From positions 3,200,001-3,264,000 of the forward strand of contig CAXXVL010000002.1 of the NCBI GenBank assembly GCA_963667845.2: a DNA stretch of 64,000 nucleotides, in the 5' to 3' direction. Position numbers and translations under genes: made by a program. Positions 1-10,186 of the stretch are shown here, piece after piece. The notes beneath the pieces were generated by a model, which worked only from the letters and a program-made list of their open reading frames with translations, was not told the DNA's origin and ran no database searches. The DNA comes from Smithellaceae bacterium (GTDB taxonomy: Bacteria > Desulfobacterota > Syntrophia > Syntrophales > Smithellaceae). Every line of letters begins with the position of its first letter. Position 1 is the first letter of the stretch.

Positions 1-32
1 CAGGACAATGAGAGACTTTATAAATCTTGATT

Positions 33-1640
33 ATGAGCAATAACAAAATGATGAAACATGAAAAAAACATCGCCGTCATCGGAGCAGGCAATTGGGGCAA
101 AAACCTGATTCGTAACTATTTCGAGCTTGGTGCTCTCATCGCCGTCTGCGATAAAAGGCCGCAAGCTCTGGAAGAAATGCATAAGCTTTATCCATCCTGC
201 GAAACTTATTCGTCGCTAAAAGATGTTCTCTCTCATCGTGACGTGGAGGCGATCGTCATTGCAACCCCCGCGGAAACTCACTTTATCCATGCCAGAGAGG
301 CGCTTCTGTCCGGCAAGCATGTGTTTGTGGAAAAACCGATGACGCTCGCCGAAAAAGACGCTGAAGAAATGATCCGCATTGCGCAGGAACATCAGCGGAT
401 ATTGATGGTTGGTCATCTTCTCCAGCATCATCCGGTTTTTGCGAAACTCAAACAAATAGCCGTAAGCGGCGAATTGGGGCGAATCAACTATATTTACTCG
501 CATCGGTTGAATCTGGGTAAAATCCGCAGAGAAGAAAATATTCTCTGGTCCTTCGCTCCCCACGATATCTCGATGATCGTCGCCCTGGCCGGAGAAGAAC
601 CGGAAAGCGTCCTAGCAACCGGCGGAAACTACCTTCATAAGAAGATTGCCGATGTTACCACGACGCATCTGGAATTTTCTTCCGGCCTGAAAGCCCATAT
701 TTTTGTCTCCTGGCTGCATCCCTTCAAAGACCAGAAACTGGTGGTCGTCGGTGACCGGAAAATGGCCGTTTTCGACGATACGCTGCCCTGGGAAGAAAAA
801 CTGCTGATCTATCCTCATTCCGTAAAATGGGAGCATAATATCCCCGTACCGACAAAAGGAATTCCCGAACGTATCGCCGTTCCGTATGCCGAACCACTGA
901 AGCTGGAATGCGAACATTTTCTGGATTGCATTAGAAAAAATAAACAGCCGTTAACAGACGGCGCTGAAGGCCTGCGCGTTCTCCGGATCTTAAATGCAGC
1001 GGAGCGTTCTCTTAACGAAAATGGTCAGAGAATCAATTTGCCGAAGAAGCAGACGGCCACAGAGGCAAATGCGACAACCGCTTTCATTCATCCGACAGCA
1101 TCAATTGATGATCGTGTCGCAATCGGACCCGGGACAAAAATCTGGCATTTTTCCCATGTTCTTTCCGATTCGAAAATCGGTCAAAATTGCTCAATCGGGC
1201 AAAATGTCGTGATCGGGCCGGATGTCGCCATCGGTGACCACTGCAAAATCCAAAATAATGTTTCCGTATATAAAGGTGTAACATTGAGTGATGGCGTTTT
1301 TTGCGGCCCATCGGTTGTCTTCACCAATGTTATCAACCCACGCTCCGAAATTCGCAGAATGTCCGAAATCAAACCTACATTGGTTAAAAAAGGTGCGACC
1401 CTCGGCGCTAACTCAACAATTGTCTGTGGCCACACCATCGGCAGTTATGCCTTCGTCGCCGCGGGCGCTGTTGTGACCAAAGATGTGCTCGATCACGCTT
1501 TAATAGCCGGCAATCCTGCTCGTCAAATGGGCTGGATCTGCCAGTGCGGGCATAAGCTTAATACAAAACATCAATGTCCGGCGTGCGGAAATAGGTATAA
1601 GATAAAACCTAAACAACAAGGGTTGCTGAAGATAAAATGA
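33..1640 (+). CDS. Gfo/Idh/MocA oxidoreductase fused to hexapeptide N-acetyltransferase (WbpB/WlbA + WbpD/WlbB-like)
   Basis: N-terminal GAGNWG Rossmann motif, VEKP and HD motifs. C-terminal left-handed beta-helix ([26 protein letters not shown]) and CxC...CxxC tail. Start uncertain (33/48/51). Confidence 0.85.
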   Translation: MSNNKMMKHEKNIAVIGAGNWGKNLIRNYFELGALIAVCDKRPQALEEMHKLYPSCETYSSLKDVLSHRDVEAIVIATPAETHFIHAREALLSGKHVFVEKPMTLAEKDAEEMIRIAQEHQRILMVGHLLQHHPVFAKLKQIAVSGELGRINYIYSHRLNLGKIRREENILWSFAPHDISMIVALAGEEPESVLATGGNYLHKKIADVTTTHLEFSSGLKAHIFVSWLHPFKDQKLVVVGDRKMAVFDDTLPWEEKLLIYPHSVKWEHNIPVPTKGIPERIAVPYAEPLKLECEHFLDCIRKNKQPLTDGAEGLRVLRILNAAERSLNENGQRINLPKKQTATEANATTAFIHPTASIDDRVAIGPGTKIWHFSHVLSDSKIGQNCSIGQNVVIGPDVAIGDHCKIQNNVSVYKGVTLSDGVFCGPSVVFTNVINPRSEIRRMSEIKPTLVKKGATLGANSTIVCGHTIGSYAFVAAGAVVTKDVLDHALIAGNPARQMGWICQCGHKLNTKHQCPACGNRYKIKPKQQGLLKIK

Positions 1641-1960
1641 TATACTGCTGTGGTCATTTGAGATTGATTACCATGCGCGGTTTGCCTGTATGCGGCAATA
1701 ATAGTGCCGTCATGGGCACACAAATCCGTTATTTAGTCGGCGCAATTGAAAGTCTAAACCGGTAACCGAATAACCTTTTGATAATTATTAGATCCCCCAT
1801 TCCCTCAGTTCGATCGCAAATTCAATTTGATAAGTCGCCGTCGCGCGCAGTCCGACTTTGATGCTTTTCTCTGAATGAAAACGTTCTTGGACTCGTTTGC
1901 CAGTTTTCTTTAGCTGATAAATAGAATTCCTATAAGAAAAGAATCCTTTTTAAAATAAAC

Positions 1961-2006
1961 TTGACAATAAACTTTTATGTGTTATGAGTAGGATAACTAC
2001 TCATAA
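1961..2006 (+). promoter_or_regulatory. sigma70-like promoter with overlapping perfect 10-bp inverted repeat (operator)
   Basis: TTGACA at 1961-1966 and TG-T-TATGAG at 1980-1988. Inverted repeat TTATGAGTAG-GATAA-CTACTCATAA at 1982-2006. Confidence 0.75.
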
Positions 2007-2016
2007 TGGAATATAT

Positions 2017-2568
2017 ATGAACGACCTTTTTGCAGGGCTTATATCATCGAAGACTAGAATCAGTCTGCTCATGCGCTTTTTTTTCAACCCTGGAACAAAA
2101 TCATACCTCAGGGAACTTTCCAACGATCTTCAGGTTTCGACCAACGCCGTCCGTGAAGAGCTGAATCAGCTCACAAAAACGAAGCTTCTTACCTCGGAAA
2201 GAGAAGGACGCAATGTTTTTTACACGGCAAATAATGATCACCCTCTTTTCCCGGAGCTGAAATCCATGGTCGGCAAAGTCATGGGCCTGGACCAAGTTAT
2301 CGACAGCATTCTCACCAGATTGGGAGACCTGGAAAAAGCCTACATCATCGACGATTATGCCGAAGGCAAGGATACCGGAATCATCGATTTGGTGCTGGTC
2401 GGAAACATTGACCAATATCACCTGAACGATTTGAGCAGGAAAACTGAACGCTACATCAAGCGCAAGATTCGTTCCCTGGTGCTGTCCAAGCAGGAATTCA
2501 AGACTTTCCAGCCTTCGCTGGAAAAGCGGTCTTACTTTTTGGTATGGGAACGGCAAGGCAATAAATAG
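2017..2568 (+). CDS. ArsR-like winged-helix regulator fused to degenerate minimal nucleotidyltransferase fold
   Basis: SKTRISLL..YLRELS..VSTNAVREELNQL wHTH, followed by AYIIDDYAEGKDTGIIDLVLVG (MNT-like with GS replaced). ATG 2017 preferred because 1984 lies in the promoter/operator. Confidence 0.75.
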   Translation: MNDLFAGLISSKTRISLLMRFFFNPGTKSYLRELSNDLQVSTNAVREELNQLTKTKLLTSEREGRNVFYTANNDHPLFPELKSMVGKVMGLDQVIDSILTRLGDLEKAYIIDDYAEGKDTGIIDLVLVGNIDQYHLNDLSRKTERYIKRKIRSLVLSKQEFKTFQPSLEKRSYFLVWERQGNK

Positions 2569-2830
2569 CCATTCCCTGCGCGCCGGAAAACACAGTACAA
2601 TATTTACTTACCACCAGAGTTGCAGTTGTCACTTTGTAACTCAAGGTGCGGAGCTGAATCTGGAAAGATTATCTAAATATGATTATTTCGCCAGTGACTA
2701 AATTTGAAGCAAACGTTAAAAGAGATCATTCATTGAGAACGGCCATCGGAACACTGGACTCTTATAGGTGCCACTTGGGGGTATGGACTATCTAAAGAAT
2801 CTGGAATGACGGTAAAGACGAGTGGAAAAT

Positions 2831-3406
2831 ATGAATATGAATCAAAATAAACGTTTTGATTTTCATCTCACGCCTCTCGAAGGGCTTTGGGTCATTCAAC
2901 GGAAGCCAATGGAGGATGCACGTGGCTTTTTTGCCCGGTTCTTTTGTTTAGAAGAATTCCGAGCGGCCGGATTGCGAAAACCAATTGCACAGATCAATCA
3001 CACATATACTTTAAAAAAAGGGACCATACGCGGCCTCCATTTCCAGCATCCACCGCACGCCGAATGCAAAGTCGTCAATTGCCTGCGGGGAGAGGTTTAC
3101 GATGTGGCTGTGGATATCCGAAAGGGTTCTTCCACTTTTATGCAATGGCACGGTGAAATTCTTTCTGCTGCTAATCAGAAGAGCCTACTTATCCCCGAAG
3201 GCTTCGCACATGGTTTTCAGACGCTCAGCGATGACTGCGAATTGATTTACCTCCATACCGCAGCATTTCACGACCTCTCAGAAGCTGCTATCAATATAGC
3301 CGACCCGGAAATCGGAATTATCTGGCCCCTACCTATAACAGATATTTCAGATCGCGATCGCCTTCATCCATTTATAACCGAGAAATTTAAGGGGGTAGAA
3401 GTATGA
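2831..3406 (+). CDS. rfbC: dTDP-4-dehydrorhamnose 3,5-epimerase family
   Basis: DARGFF, RGLHFQ, DVAVDIRKGS, IPEGFAHGFQTL motifs. Confidence 0.92.
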   Translation: MNMNQNKRFDFHLTPLEGLWVIQRKPMEDARGFFARFFCLEEFRAAGLRKPIAQINHTYTLKKGTIRGLHFQHPPHAECKVVNCLRGEVYDVAVDIRKGSSTFMQWHGEILSAANQKSLLIPEGFAHGFQTLSDDCELIYLHTAAFHDLSEAAINIADPEIGIIWPLPITDISDRDRLHPFITEKFKGVEV

Positions 3407-4632
3407 AATGTCGCCACTGTGGATCAAACGTAACTTTGACATTAATAGATCTCGGCAGTGCTCCACCATCAAATGCCTATCTTACAAAATTGACAATGAA
3501 CCGACCGGAGAAATGGTTTCCATTAAAAGTCCTCGTGTGCGAATCTTGCTGGTTAGTACAAGCCCAGGCTTACTCGAGAGCGGCAGAATTATTTAACGAC
3601 GAATATGCTTACTTTAGTTCTTTTTCTGCAATATGGTTGGCTCATGCCGAACACTATGTTAATTCCATGGTCGGACGCTTTGGTCTGAGTGCTGGTAGCC
3701 AGGTTGTGGAAGTGGCCTCCAATGATGGATATCTGCTGCAATATGTCAAGCAGCGAGGAATTCCCTGCCTAGGGATTGAGCCCACCGCCAGCACCGCCTC
3801 GGCGGCTCGGCTCAAGGGCATTGAAACTTTGGAGGAGTTTTTCGGTGTCGGCTTGGCTCAAACGCTGGTAGACCATGGCAAGCAAGCCGATCTGATAGTA
3901 GCCAACAATGTCTTGGCTCATGTGCCGGATATTAATGATTTTGTAAAAGGTTTCGTTCTCCTGCTCAAACCAAAAGGTGTCGCGACTTTTGAGTTTCCAC
4001 ATCTGATGCATTTAATTGAACAAAAGCAGTTTGACACGATTTATCATGAACATTTTTCCTACCTGTCTTTCAGCACAGTAGAGCACATTTTCAGAGTCAA
4101 CGGACTTACAGTGTTCGATGTAGAAGAACTTGAAACCCACGGCGGAAGCCTGCGCGTCTTCGTCCAGAGAACGGATACGGGCACGCACCCTATTGGCGAA
4201 AAGGTTGCGAAGTTGATGGATAGAGAAGCCGCAGCTGGAATGAAGAATGTCCCTTACTACCAAGGCTTTCAAGAAGAAGCCAATAAAGTAAAGAACGATT
4301 TACTCGCTTTTCTCCTGAACGCCAAGCGTCAAGGAAAGATTGTTTCTGCTTATGGTGCCGCTGCTAAGGGGAATACTCTCTTTAACTACGCAGGGATCAA
4401 ACCGGACCTAATACCTTTCGTCTGCGATGCGTCACCCTCCAAACAGGGGAAATTTCTCCCCGGCAGCCGCATTCCCATTTTGCCACCCGCAGCTCTTAAG
4501 GAAAAGAAACCGGACATCGTACTGATTGTGCCATGGAATATCGCCGACGAAATCACTGAGCAACATGGCTATGTGCGGGAGTGGGGGGGAGCCTTTTTTG
4601 TGGCTGTGCCTGAGGTGAGAAAAATATCATGA
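3403..4632 (+). CDS. NDP-hexose C-methyltransferase (SAM-dependent, Zn-binding N-terminus)
   Basis: CRHC..CESCWLVQ, EVASNDGYLL, FDTIYHEH, HGGSLR, YGAAAKGNT motifs. Confidence 0.88.
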   Translation: MKCRHCGSNVTLTLIDLGSAPPSNAYLTKLTMNRPEKWFPLKVLVCESCWLVQAQAYSRAAELFNDEYAYFSSFSAIWLAHAEHYVNSMVGRFGLSAGSQVVEVASNDGYLLQYVKQRGIPCLGIEPTASTASAARLKGIETLEEFFGVGLAQTLVDHGKQADLIVANNVLAHVPDINDFVKGFVLLLKPKGVATFEFPHLMHLIEQKQFDTIYHEHFSYLSFSTVEHIFRVNGLTVFDVEELETHGGSLRVFVQRTDTGTHPIGEKVAKLMDREAAAGMKNVPYYQGFQEEANKVKNDLLAFLLNAKRQGKIVSAYGAAAKGNTLFNYAGIKPDLIPFVCDASPSKQGKFLPGSRIPILPPAALKEKKPDIVLIVPWNIADEITEQHGYVREWGGAFFVAVPEVRKIS

Positions 4633-5579
4633 CAATAAATAGCAATTCACCAATAAGAATTTTAGTGACAGGTGCGTCAGGCTTCATCGGCAGACACTGT
4701 CTGCCGCTTTTACTGGAAAAAGGTTTTGATGTTCATGCCGCAGATGTTATTATTCCAGAAAATAATTCTTATGGTATCAAATGGCATGACGTAGATTTAT
4801 TAGACACACAGATGACTAATAAATTGATTGAAACGATTCATCCAACCCACCTCCTTCATTTTGCCTGGTATGCCAAGCCGGGCGAATATTGGACTTCTAC
4901 TGCAAATGTTCACTGGTTGGAGGGGAGCTTACATTTACTGCGTGTTTTTCAAAAGAATGGCGGCATGCGAGTGGTTATGGCCGGGAGCTGTGCTGAATAT
5001 GACTGGAATTTTGGCTGTTGTTCCGAATACACAACGCCACTGATTCCATCGTCGTTGTATGGGACCTGCAAAAACGCTATGCAACATGTATTGAAAGACT
5101 TCTCTCGGCAAACAAATCTAAGCAGTGCCTGGGGGAGGATTTTCTTTCTCTATGGACCTCATGAGAATCCCAATCGCCTTGTTTCATCTGTCATCTTAAA
5201 CTTGATCCGTAATAAGACCGCTCTATGTTCTCATGGAAATCAGATCCGCGATTTTTTACACGTTAAAGATGTTGCATCGGCTTTTGTCACATTACTGATG
5301 AGTAATATTAATGGACCTGTCAATATAGCCTCCGGAAAACCAATTTCCTTGAAGGAAATTATTTTATCAATAGCCGATAAACTAGGTAAGAACGACCTAG
5401 TTCAATTAGGAGCGCTTTCGCAAAAGGAAAATGAGCCTTCTGTATTATTTGCTGATACCAAAAGATTATTCAGTGAAGTTATCTGGCAGCCTCAATATGA
5501 TATTGATGGGGGGATCGAAGAGACTATCGACTGGTGGCAGCAAGAATGCCGCGCTGCTATGAAACGGGGTCAAAATTAA
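4629..5579 (+). CDS. NAD-dependent epimerase/dehydratase (NDP-sugar reductase, extended SDR)
   Basis: TGASGFIG, GSCAEY, YGTCK, RIFFLYGP, RDFLHV. Confidence 0.88.
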   Translation: MTINSNSPIRILVTGASGFIGRHCLPLLLEKGFDVHAADVIIPENNSYGIKWHDVDLLDTQMTNKLIETIHPTHLLHFAWYAKPGEYWTSTANVHWLEGSLHLLRVFQKNGGMRVVMAGSCAEYDWNFGCCSEYTTPLIPSSLYGTCKNAMQHVLKDFSRQTNLSSAWGRIFFLYGPHENPNRLVSSVILNLIRNKTALCSHGNQIRDFLHVKDVASAFVTLLMSNINGPVNIASGKPISLKEIILSIADKLGKNDLVQLGALSQKENEPSVLFADTKRLFSEVIWQPQYDIDGGIEETIDWWQQECRAAMKRGQN

Positions 5580-5597
5580 AGCTGTAGACGGAAAAGG

Positions 5598-6674
5598 ATG
5601 AACGCTAAAATCATCTATCAAATGGCTGGCCTGCCCGTTCAACAGAATCGCTTCTATGATACAGAAAGTGATGCCATAGACTGCCCTGTGGGAGATTTGA
5701 TACTGGTTCAGGACCCGTTGACCGGCCTTGTACACAATACTGCCTTCAAGCCGGAGTTGATGAAGTACGATAAGAATTACCAGAACGAACAAGGCTATTC
5801 CGCCGTATTTGAACAACATTTGTTCAAGGTCTCAGATATTATTCGACTCTACTTTACCAAGAAATCGATACTTGAAATCGGTTGCGGCAAGGGAAAGTTC
5901 CTCGATCTCATGAAAGATCAAGGTTTCTCAATCATTGGAATAGATCCCGCCTATGAAGGAAATGATCCAGATGTTATCAAAAAACCTTTTTCGCCATCAC
6001 TTGGCTTGACCGGACAGGCCATTATCCTCCGTCATGTTCTTGAGCACATTCCGAATCCCATACGTTTTCTTGCTTCAATCGCTGAAGCAAACGGTGGCGA
6101 TGGGTTGATTTATATCGAAGTCCCATCTCTTGACTGGATAAGCGATCATCGGGCGTGGTTTGATCTTTTTTTTGAACACGTTAATTACTTCAGACTATCC
6201 GACTTCTTCCGTCTATTTTCGCGGATTCTTGATTCAGGAAGTTTTTTCGGCGGACAATACCTTTATATCGTAGCCGATCTTGCATCTTTGTGCTTGAATC
6301 CCAGCAAGAACGTTCATAAATTCCATCTACCTGCGGATTTTCTTGATGGCATTGACCGCGCTATCGCTACAATGAATAATCATCGTGGGAGAAAAAATGC
6401 CATATGGGGTGGTGGATCGAAAGGAGTCATTTTTTCATTGCATTTGCTGCGACGTGGTGGAGTAACTCCGAATTCTGTCATTGACATCAATCCACACAAA
6501 CAGGGAAAATTCATGCCGGTGACAGGTTTACCGGTGTTATCACCGGAGAATGGCTTGTCAGGTATGGCTCGCAATGACGCCATATTCGTCATGAACTCCA
6601 ATTACGCCGAAGAAATCAAAGCGACTGCGGGCAATAAATTCATTTATTACAAGGTGGATCAAAATGAGTTTTGA
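5598..6674 (+). CDS. class I SAM-dependent methyltransferase (C-methyltransferase-like)
   Basis: LEIGCGKG, RHVLEHI, FEHVNYF, IWGGGSKG, DINPHKQG. Confidence 0.8.
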   Translation: MNAKIIYQMAGLPVQQNRFYDTESDAIDCPVGDLILVQDPLTGLVHNTAFKPELMKYDKNYQNEQGYSAVFEQHLFKVSDIIRLYFTKKSILEIGCGKGKFLDLMKDQGFSIIGIDPAYEGNDPDVIKKPFSPSLGLTGQAIILRHVLEHIPNPIRFLASIAEANGGDGLIYIEVPSLDWISDHRAWFDLFFEHVNYFRLSDFFRLFSRILDSGSFFGGQYLYIVADLASLCLNPSKNVHKFHLPADFLDGIDRAIATMNNHRGRKNAIWGGGSKGVIFSLHLLRRGGVTPNSVIDINPHKQGKFMPVTGLPVLSPENGLSGMARNDAIFVMNSNYAEEIKATAGNKFIYYKVDQNEF

Positions 6675-7470
6675 ACAAGAAGTTCAAGCAAGAATTGAAC
6701 ACAACGGCAAGAACTCTCTTCTGCTTCGGGCTAAATCAGAATTTTTGTGCCAATCGATCAAGTCCAGTTATTCATATAATTTTTCCTGGCTGGGACGCCC
6801 AATCATTCAGTATCCACAGGACATAGTTGCCATGCAGGAACTGGTCTGGCAGGTTCAACCTGATCTAATCATCGAAACCGGTATCGCCCACGGCGGCTCA
6901 TTAATCCTGAGTGCTTCCATGCTGGCGATGATCGACTACTGCGAAGCGCTAGAGCGGGGCAAGAAGCTAGATCCCGCCGCCAGCTGCCGTCGGGTTCTCG
7001 GGTTGGATATCGATATCCGAGCACATAACCGCGCCGCCATTTTGGCACACCCGCTTGCCCACAAAATCAAAATGCTCCAGGGCTCCAGCATTGCCTCTGA
7101 CATTATTGCTCAAGTGCATGAATACAGTAAAAGATATAAGCGTATTTTCGTCTGCCTTGACTCAAATCACACGCATGAACACGTCCTCGCCGAACTGGAG
7201 GCCTACGCGCCTCTGGTTTCTCAGGATAGCTACTGTATTGTCTTCGACACAATCATCGAGGACATGCCGGAAGACATGTTCCCCGACCGCCCCTGGGGCA
7301 AAGGAAACAACCCGAAGACCGCTGTGCGAGATTACCTGCGCCGCCTGAACGAAGGTGGCCGCGCTGCTGCCGATGGCACCCCCCTCCGTTTCGAGATCGA
7401 TAAAATGATTGAAAACAAATTGCTTATGACCGTTGCTCCCGATGGGTATTTAAAGAGGATTGCCTTATAA
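6664..7470 (+). CDS. CmcI/cephalosporin hydroxylase family (sugar O-methyltransferase-like)
   Basis: WLGRPIIQYPQD, PDLIIETGIAHGGS, LDSNHTHEHV motifs. Confidence 0.88.
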   Translation: MSFEQEVQARIEHNGKNSLLLRAKSEFLCQSIKSSYSYNFSWLGRPIIQYPQDIVAMQELVWQVQPDLIIETGIAHGGSLILSASMLAMIDYCEALERGKKLDPAASCRRVLGLDIDIRAHNRAAILAHPLAHKIKMLQGSSIASDIIAQVHEYSKRYKRIFVCLDSNHTHEHVLAELEAYAPLVSQDSYCIVFDTIIEDMPEDMFPDRPWGKGNNPKTAVRDYLRRLNEGGRAAADGTPLRFEIDKMIENKLLMTVAPDGYLKRIAL

Positions 7471-7596
7471 CCCTGCTTAAAAAGTACTGTAACCAACCTT
7501 TGCGTATCAGGTTATTATAAAAGTGTTTGCATTTTCCCCCATTTTTCAAAAAACATCATTTAGTTCAGGGCAATTGGTCCGTCCTCTGCCAGTAAA

Positions 7597-9108
7597 ATGC
7601 TAAAGCGCAATCTTATCGCCAACTACCTCGCGCAGGGCTGGATTGCAGTGATGGGACTGGCTTTTATCCCACTGTACATAAAGTATCTGGGTATCGAGGC
7701 ATATGGATTGATCGGTCTTTTTGCCGCGCTCACCGCCTGGCTGAGTCTATTCGATATAGGAATGACGTCGATGCTTGGCCGCGAAATGGCACGCTTTACT
7801 GGAGGCAACAACAGTCCCCAATCCATTCGTGACCTGCTTCGCAGCGTCGAGATCATCGCCATCGTCATTGCCCTGCTCATCGCCGGTGGCATCGCGGTTG
7901 GTTCCAACTGGATCGCCACGTCATGGCTGACAGCCGATAATCTTCCGGTCGAGGTGGTTGCACAGGCATTAGGTATCATGGGTATGGTCACCGCGTTACG
8001 ATTCGTCGAAAATGTCTACCGCAGTAGTATAGTTGGCCTCCAGCGCCAGGTTGTATTAAGTTTTATTAATGGCGCCATGGCTACGCTACGTGGCCTTGGC
8101 GCCGTCGCGATTCTCGCTTGGTTATCTCCCACCATTCATGCTTTTTTTCTATGGCAGGGGCTGCTATCCATTCTAACACTCGTGATTTTAGGTGCAACCA
8201 CCTATCAGGCCCTTCCACAATCGCAGCGGAATGGGCGCTTTTCGTTGGACGCCATGCGCGGTGTCTGGCGTTTTGCTGGGGGCATAATCGGCATTACCTT
8301 TCTGGCCTTGCTTCTGACGCAAGTCGACAAGATTCTACTTTCAAAACTTTTATCGCTGAGCGAATACGGATTCTACACACTGGCTACTGTCGTCGCCAGT
8401 GCTCTCTATCAACTGATCGGCCCGATTACCACGGCTTTTTATCCCCAGTTTTGTAAATTTTACGAGCGGCGGGAGGAAGCTTTGCTCATTGACGCTTACC
8501 ACAAGGGAGCCCAAATGGTAACCGTTATAGCAGGCAGTGCGGCGATTGTGCTGATGTTGTATGCCAAAACGTTTCTCAGCCTCTGGACCCAGGACGCCGC
8601 TTTGGCAGACAAGGTCTGGCCGCTGCTTGCGCTACTGATGCTGGGCACGCTGTTAAACGGGTTAATGTGGGTCCCCTACCAGACACAACTGGCCCACGGG
8701 TGGACCAGTTTGTCTGTAAAAATCAATCTAATTGCCGTGACCTTTATCGTACCTGCACTTCTGTTGATAGTGCCGCGCTACGGTGCCATTGGAGCCGCCT
8801 GGGTCTGGGCAGTTCTGAATTCTGGATATGTGTTTATAGGCGTTCATTTCATGTACCGGCGAATACTCACCCGGGAGAAGTGGCGCTGGTATATTCAGGA
8901 TATCTTCAAGCCCCTTGCCGCGGCGATCCTAGTGGCCAGTTCGGTATACCTATTCTGGCCTGGCAGCGCTGATAACTGGCTTGAGCAGGCGGTCCAACTG
9001 ACCCTTGCATCGCTACTGACCATTGCCTCAGCAACCTGGGCGGCTGGGCTATTGCGACAAGAGGTGTTGAGGCATATACGGCATGTTTGGCTAATGATGC
9101 GGCAGTGA
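7597..9108 (+). CDS. wzx: Wzx-type oligosaccharide flippase
   Basis: 503 aa with many hydrophobic segments. LGIEAYGL and TQVDKILLSKLL..EYGFYTLA motifs; located in a glycan cluster. Confidence 0.85.
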   Translation: MLKRNLIANYLAQGWIAVMGLAFIPLYIKYLGIEAYGLIGLFAALTAWLSLFDIGMTSMLGREMARFTGGNNSPQSIRDLLRSVEIIAIVIALLIAGGIAVGSNWIATSWLTADNLPVEVVAQALGIMGMVTALRFVENVYRSSIVGLQRQVVLSFINGAMATLRGLGAVAILAWLSPTIHAFFLWQGLLSILTLVILGATTYQALPQSQRNGRFSLDAMRGVWRFAGGIIGITFLALLLTQVDKILLSKLLSLSEYGFYTLATVVASALYQLIGPITTAFYPQFCKFYERREEALLIDAYHKGAQMVTVIAGSAAIVLMLYAKTFLSLWTQDAALADKVWPLLALLMLGTLLNGLMWVPYQTQLAHGWTSLSVKINLIAVTFIVPALLLIVPRYGAIGAAWVWAVLNSGYVFIGVHFMYRRILTREKWRWYIQDIFKPLAAAILVASSVYLFWPGSADNWLEQAVQLTLASLLTIASATWAAGLLRQEVLRHIRHVWLMMRQ

Positions 9109-9214
9109 GCCGTTGAATGGCACCTTTGCATGCGACGCTGTCGCGTTATTGGCGCACGGTTTTTATCGTGAGAGCAGCTGTGTTTGATACTTAGCAGAAC
9201 CAAATGCCAAGCCA

Positions 9215-10081
9215 ATGACCAAGGATACCGAAATAGTGATTAATCAAACTCCGCCAAAGGTAAGTATCGGCATGCCTGTTTACAACGGGGCGTCGTTTAT
9301 TCGCGCGGCATTAGATTCCCTGCTTGCTCAGACCTTCAGTGATTTTGAATTGATCATTTCTGACAACGCCTCGACAGATGGTACAGAATCGATTTGCCGG
9401 GCGTATGCAGGCAAGGAATCACGAATACGGTATGTGCGGCAGCCAGCGAATCGGGGAGCAGCATTTAATTTCTCGTTTGTCTTGAGCCAGGCATCGGGAC
9501 AGTATTTTATGTGGGCGGCACATGATGACAGTTGGGACAAAGATTATATATCTTCTTGCATTAGTATCCTAGAAATCAATAGTAATGTATTTGCGTGCAC
9601 AACCAACGTTTTGATAGACGGCAACGCGTTATCATGCAGTACTTCCGGCGTTGCGCCGCTGACAGGCTCCGAATTGCAAAGAGCAATTAAGTTTTTAAAA
9701 AGCCCTGGCGCGAATTCTCGATTTTACTCAATCTATAGAACTTACTTCATTAAACAAGCATTCGTTCCTTATGATTATTTAGGAGGCGACTGGTCTAACA
9801 TCATTGATTTCTTAAAATATGGAGAATTTATTACTATCGAAGAATATTTCGGCTTCAATAAAACATTAACGGGGATGGGGAGCAGTCCAAATAGATTTTC
9901 AAAATTTAGAAGAAAGAATATCGAATTAATTCTTCCATATTATGAATTTTCAAAAAAAACGATGAACGATTTTTCTCATCCTGCGATTCTATTTTACTTG
10001 GTGAAACAAAATATGTTGGCAAACAAACAGAGAATCAAGAACATAGTGAATATAATCAAAACACTACTATTCGACAGTTGA
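9215..10081 (+). CDS. glycosyltransferase family 2
   Basis: VSIGMPVYNG, ELIISDNASTD, WAAHDD. Confidence 0.9.
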   Translation: MTKDTEIVINQTPPKVSIGMPVYNGASFIRAALDSLLAQTFSDFELIISDNASTDGTESICRAYAGKESRIRYVRQPANRGAAFNFSFVLSQASGQYFMWAAHDDSWDKDYISSCISILEINSNVFACTTNVLIDGNALSCSTSGVAPLTGSELQRAIKFLKSPGANSRFYSIYRTYFIKQAFVPYDYLGGDWSNIIDFLKYGEFITIEEYFGFNKTLTGMGSSPNRFSKFRRKNIELILPYYEFSKKTMNDFSHPAILFYLVKQNMLANKQRIKNIVNIIKTLLFDS

Positions 10082-10186
10082 TCGAATAAATTCTTCTAAT
10101 TGCCATCTCACACAATACATGCAAAAATGACTTATTCTACAGGCTCGTTAGCTGCAAAGATGATCACACCAAAGGAGGCTATCAAA

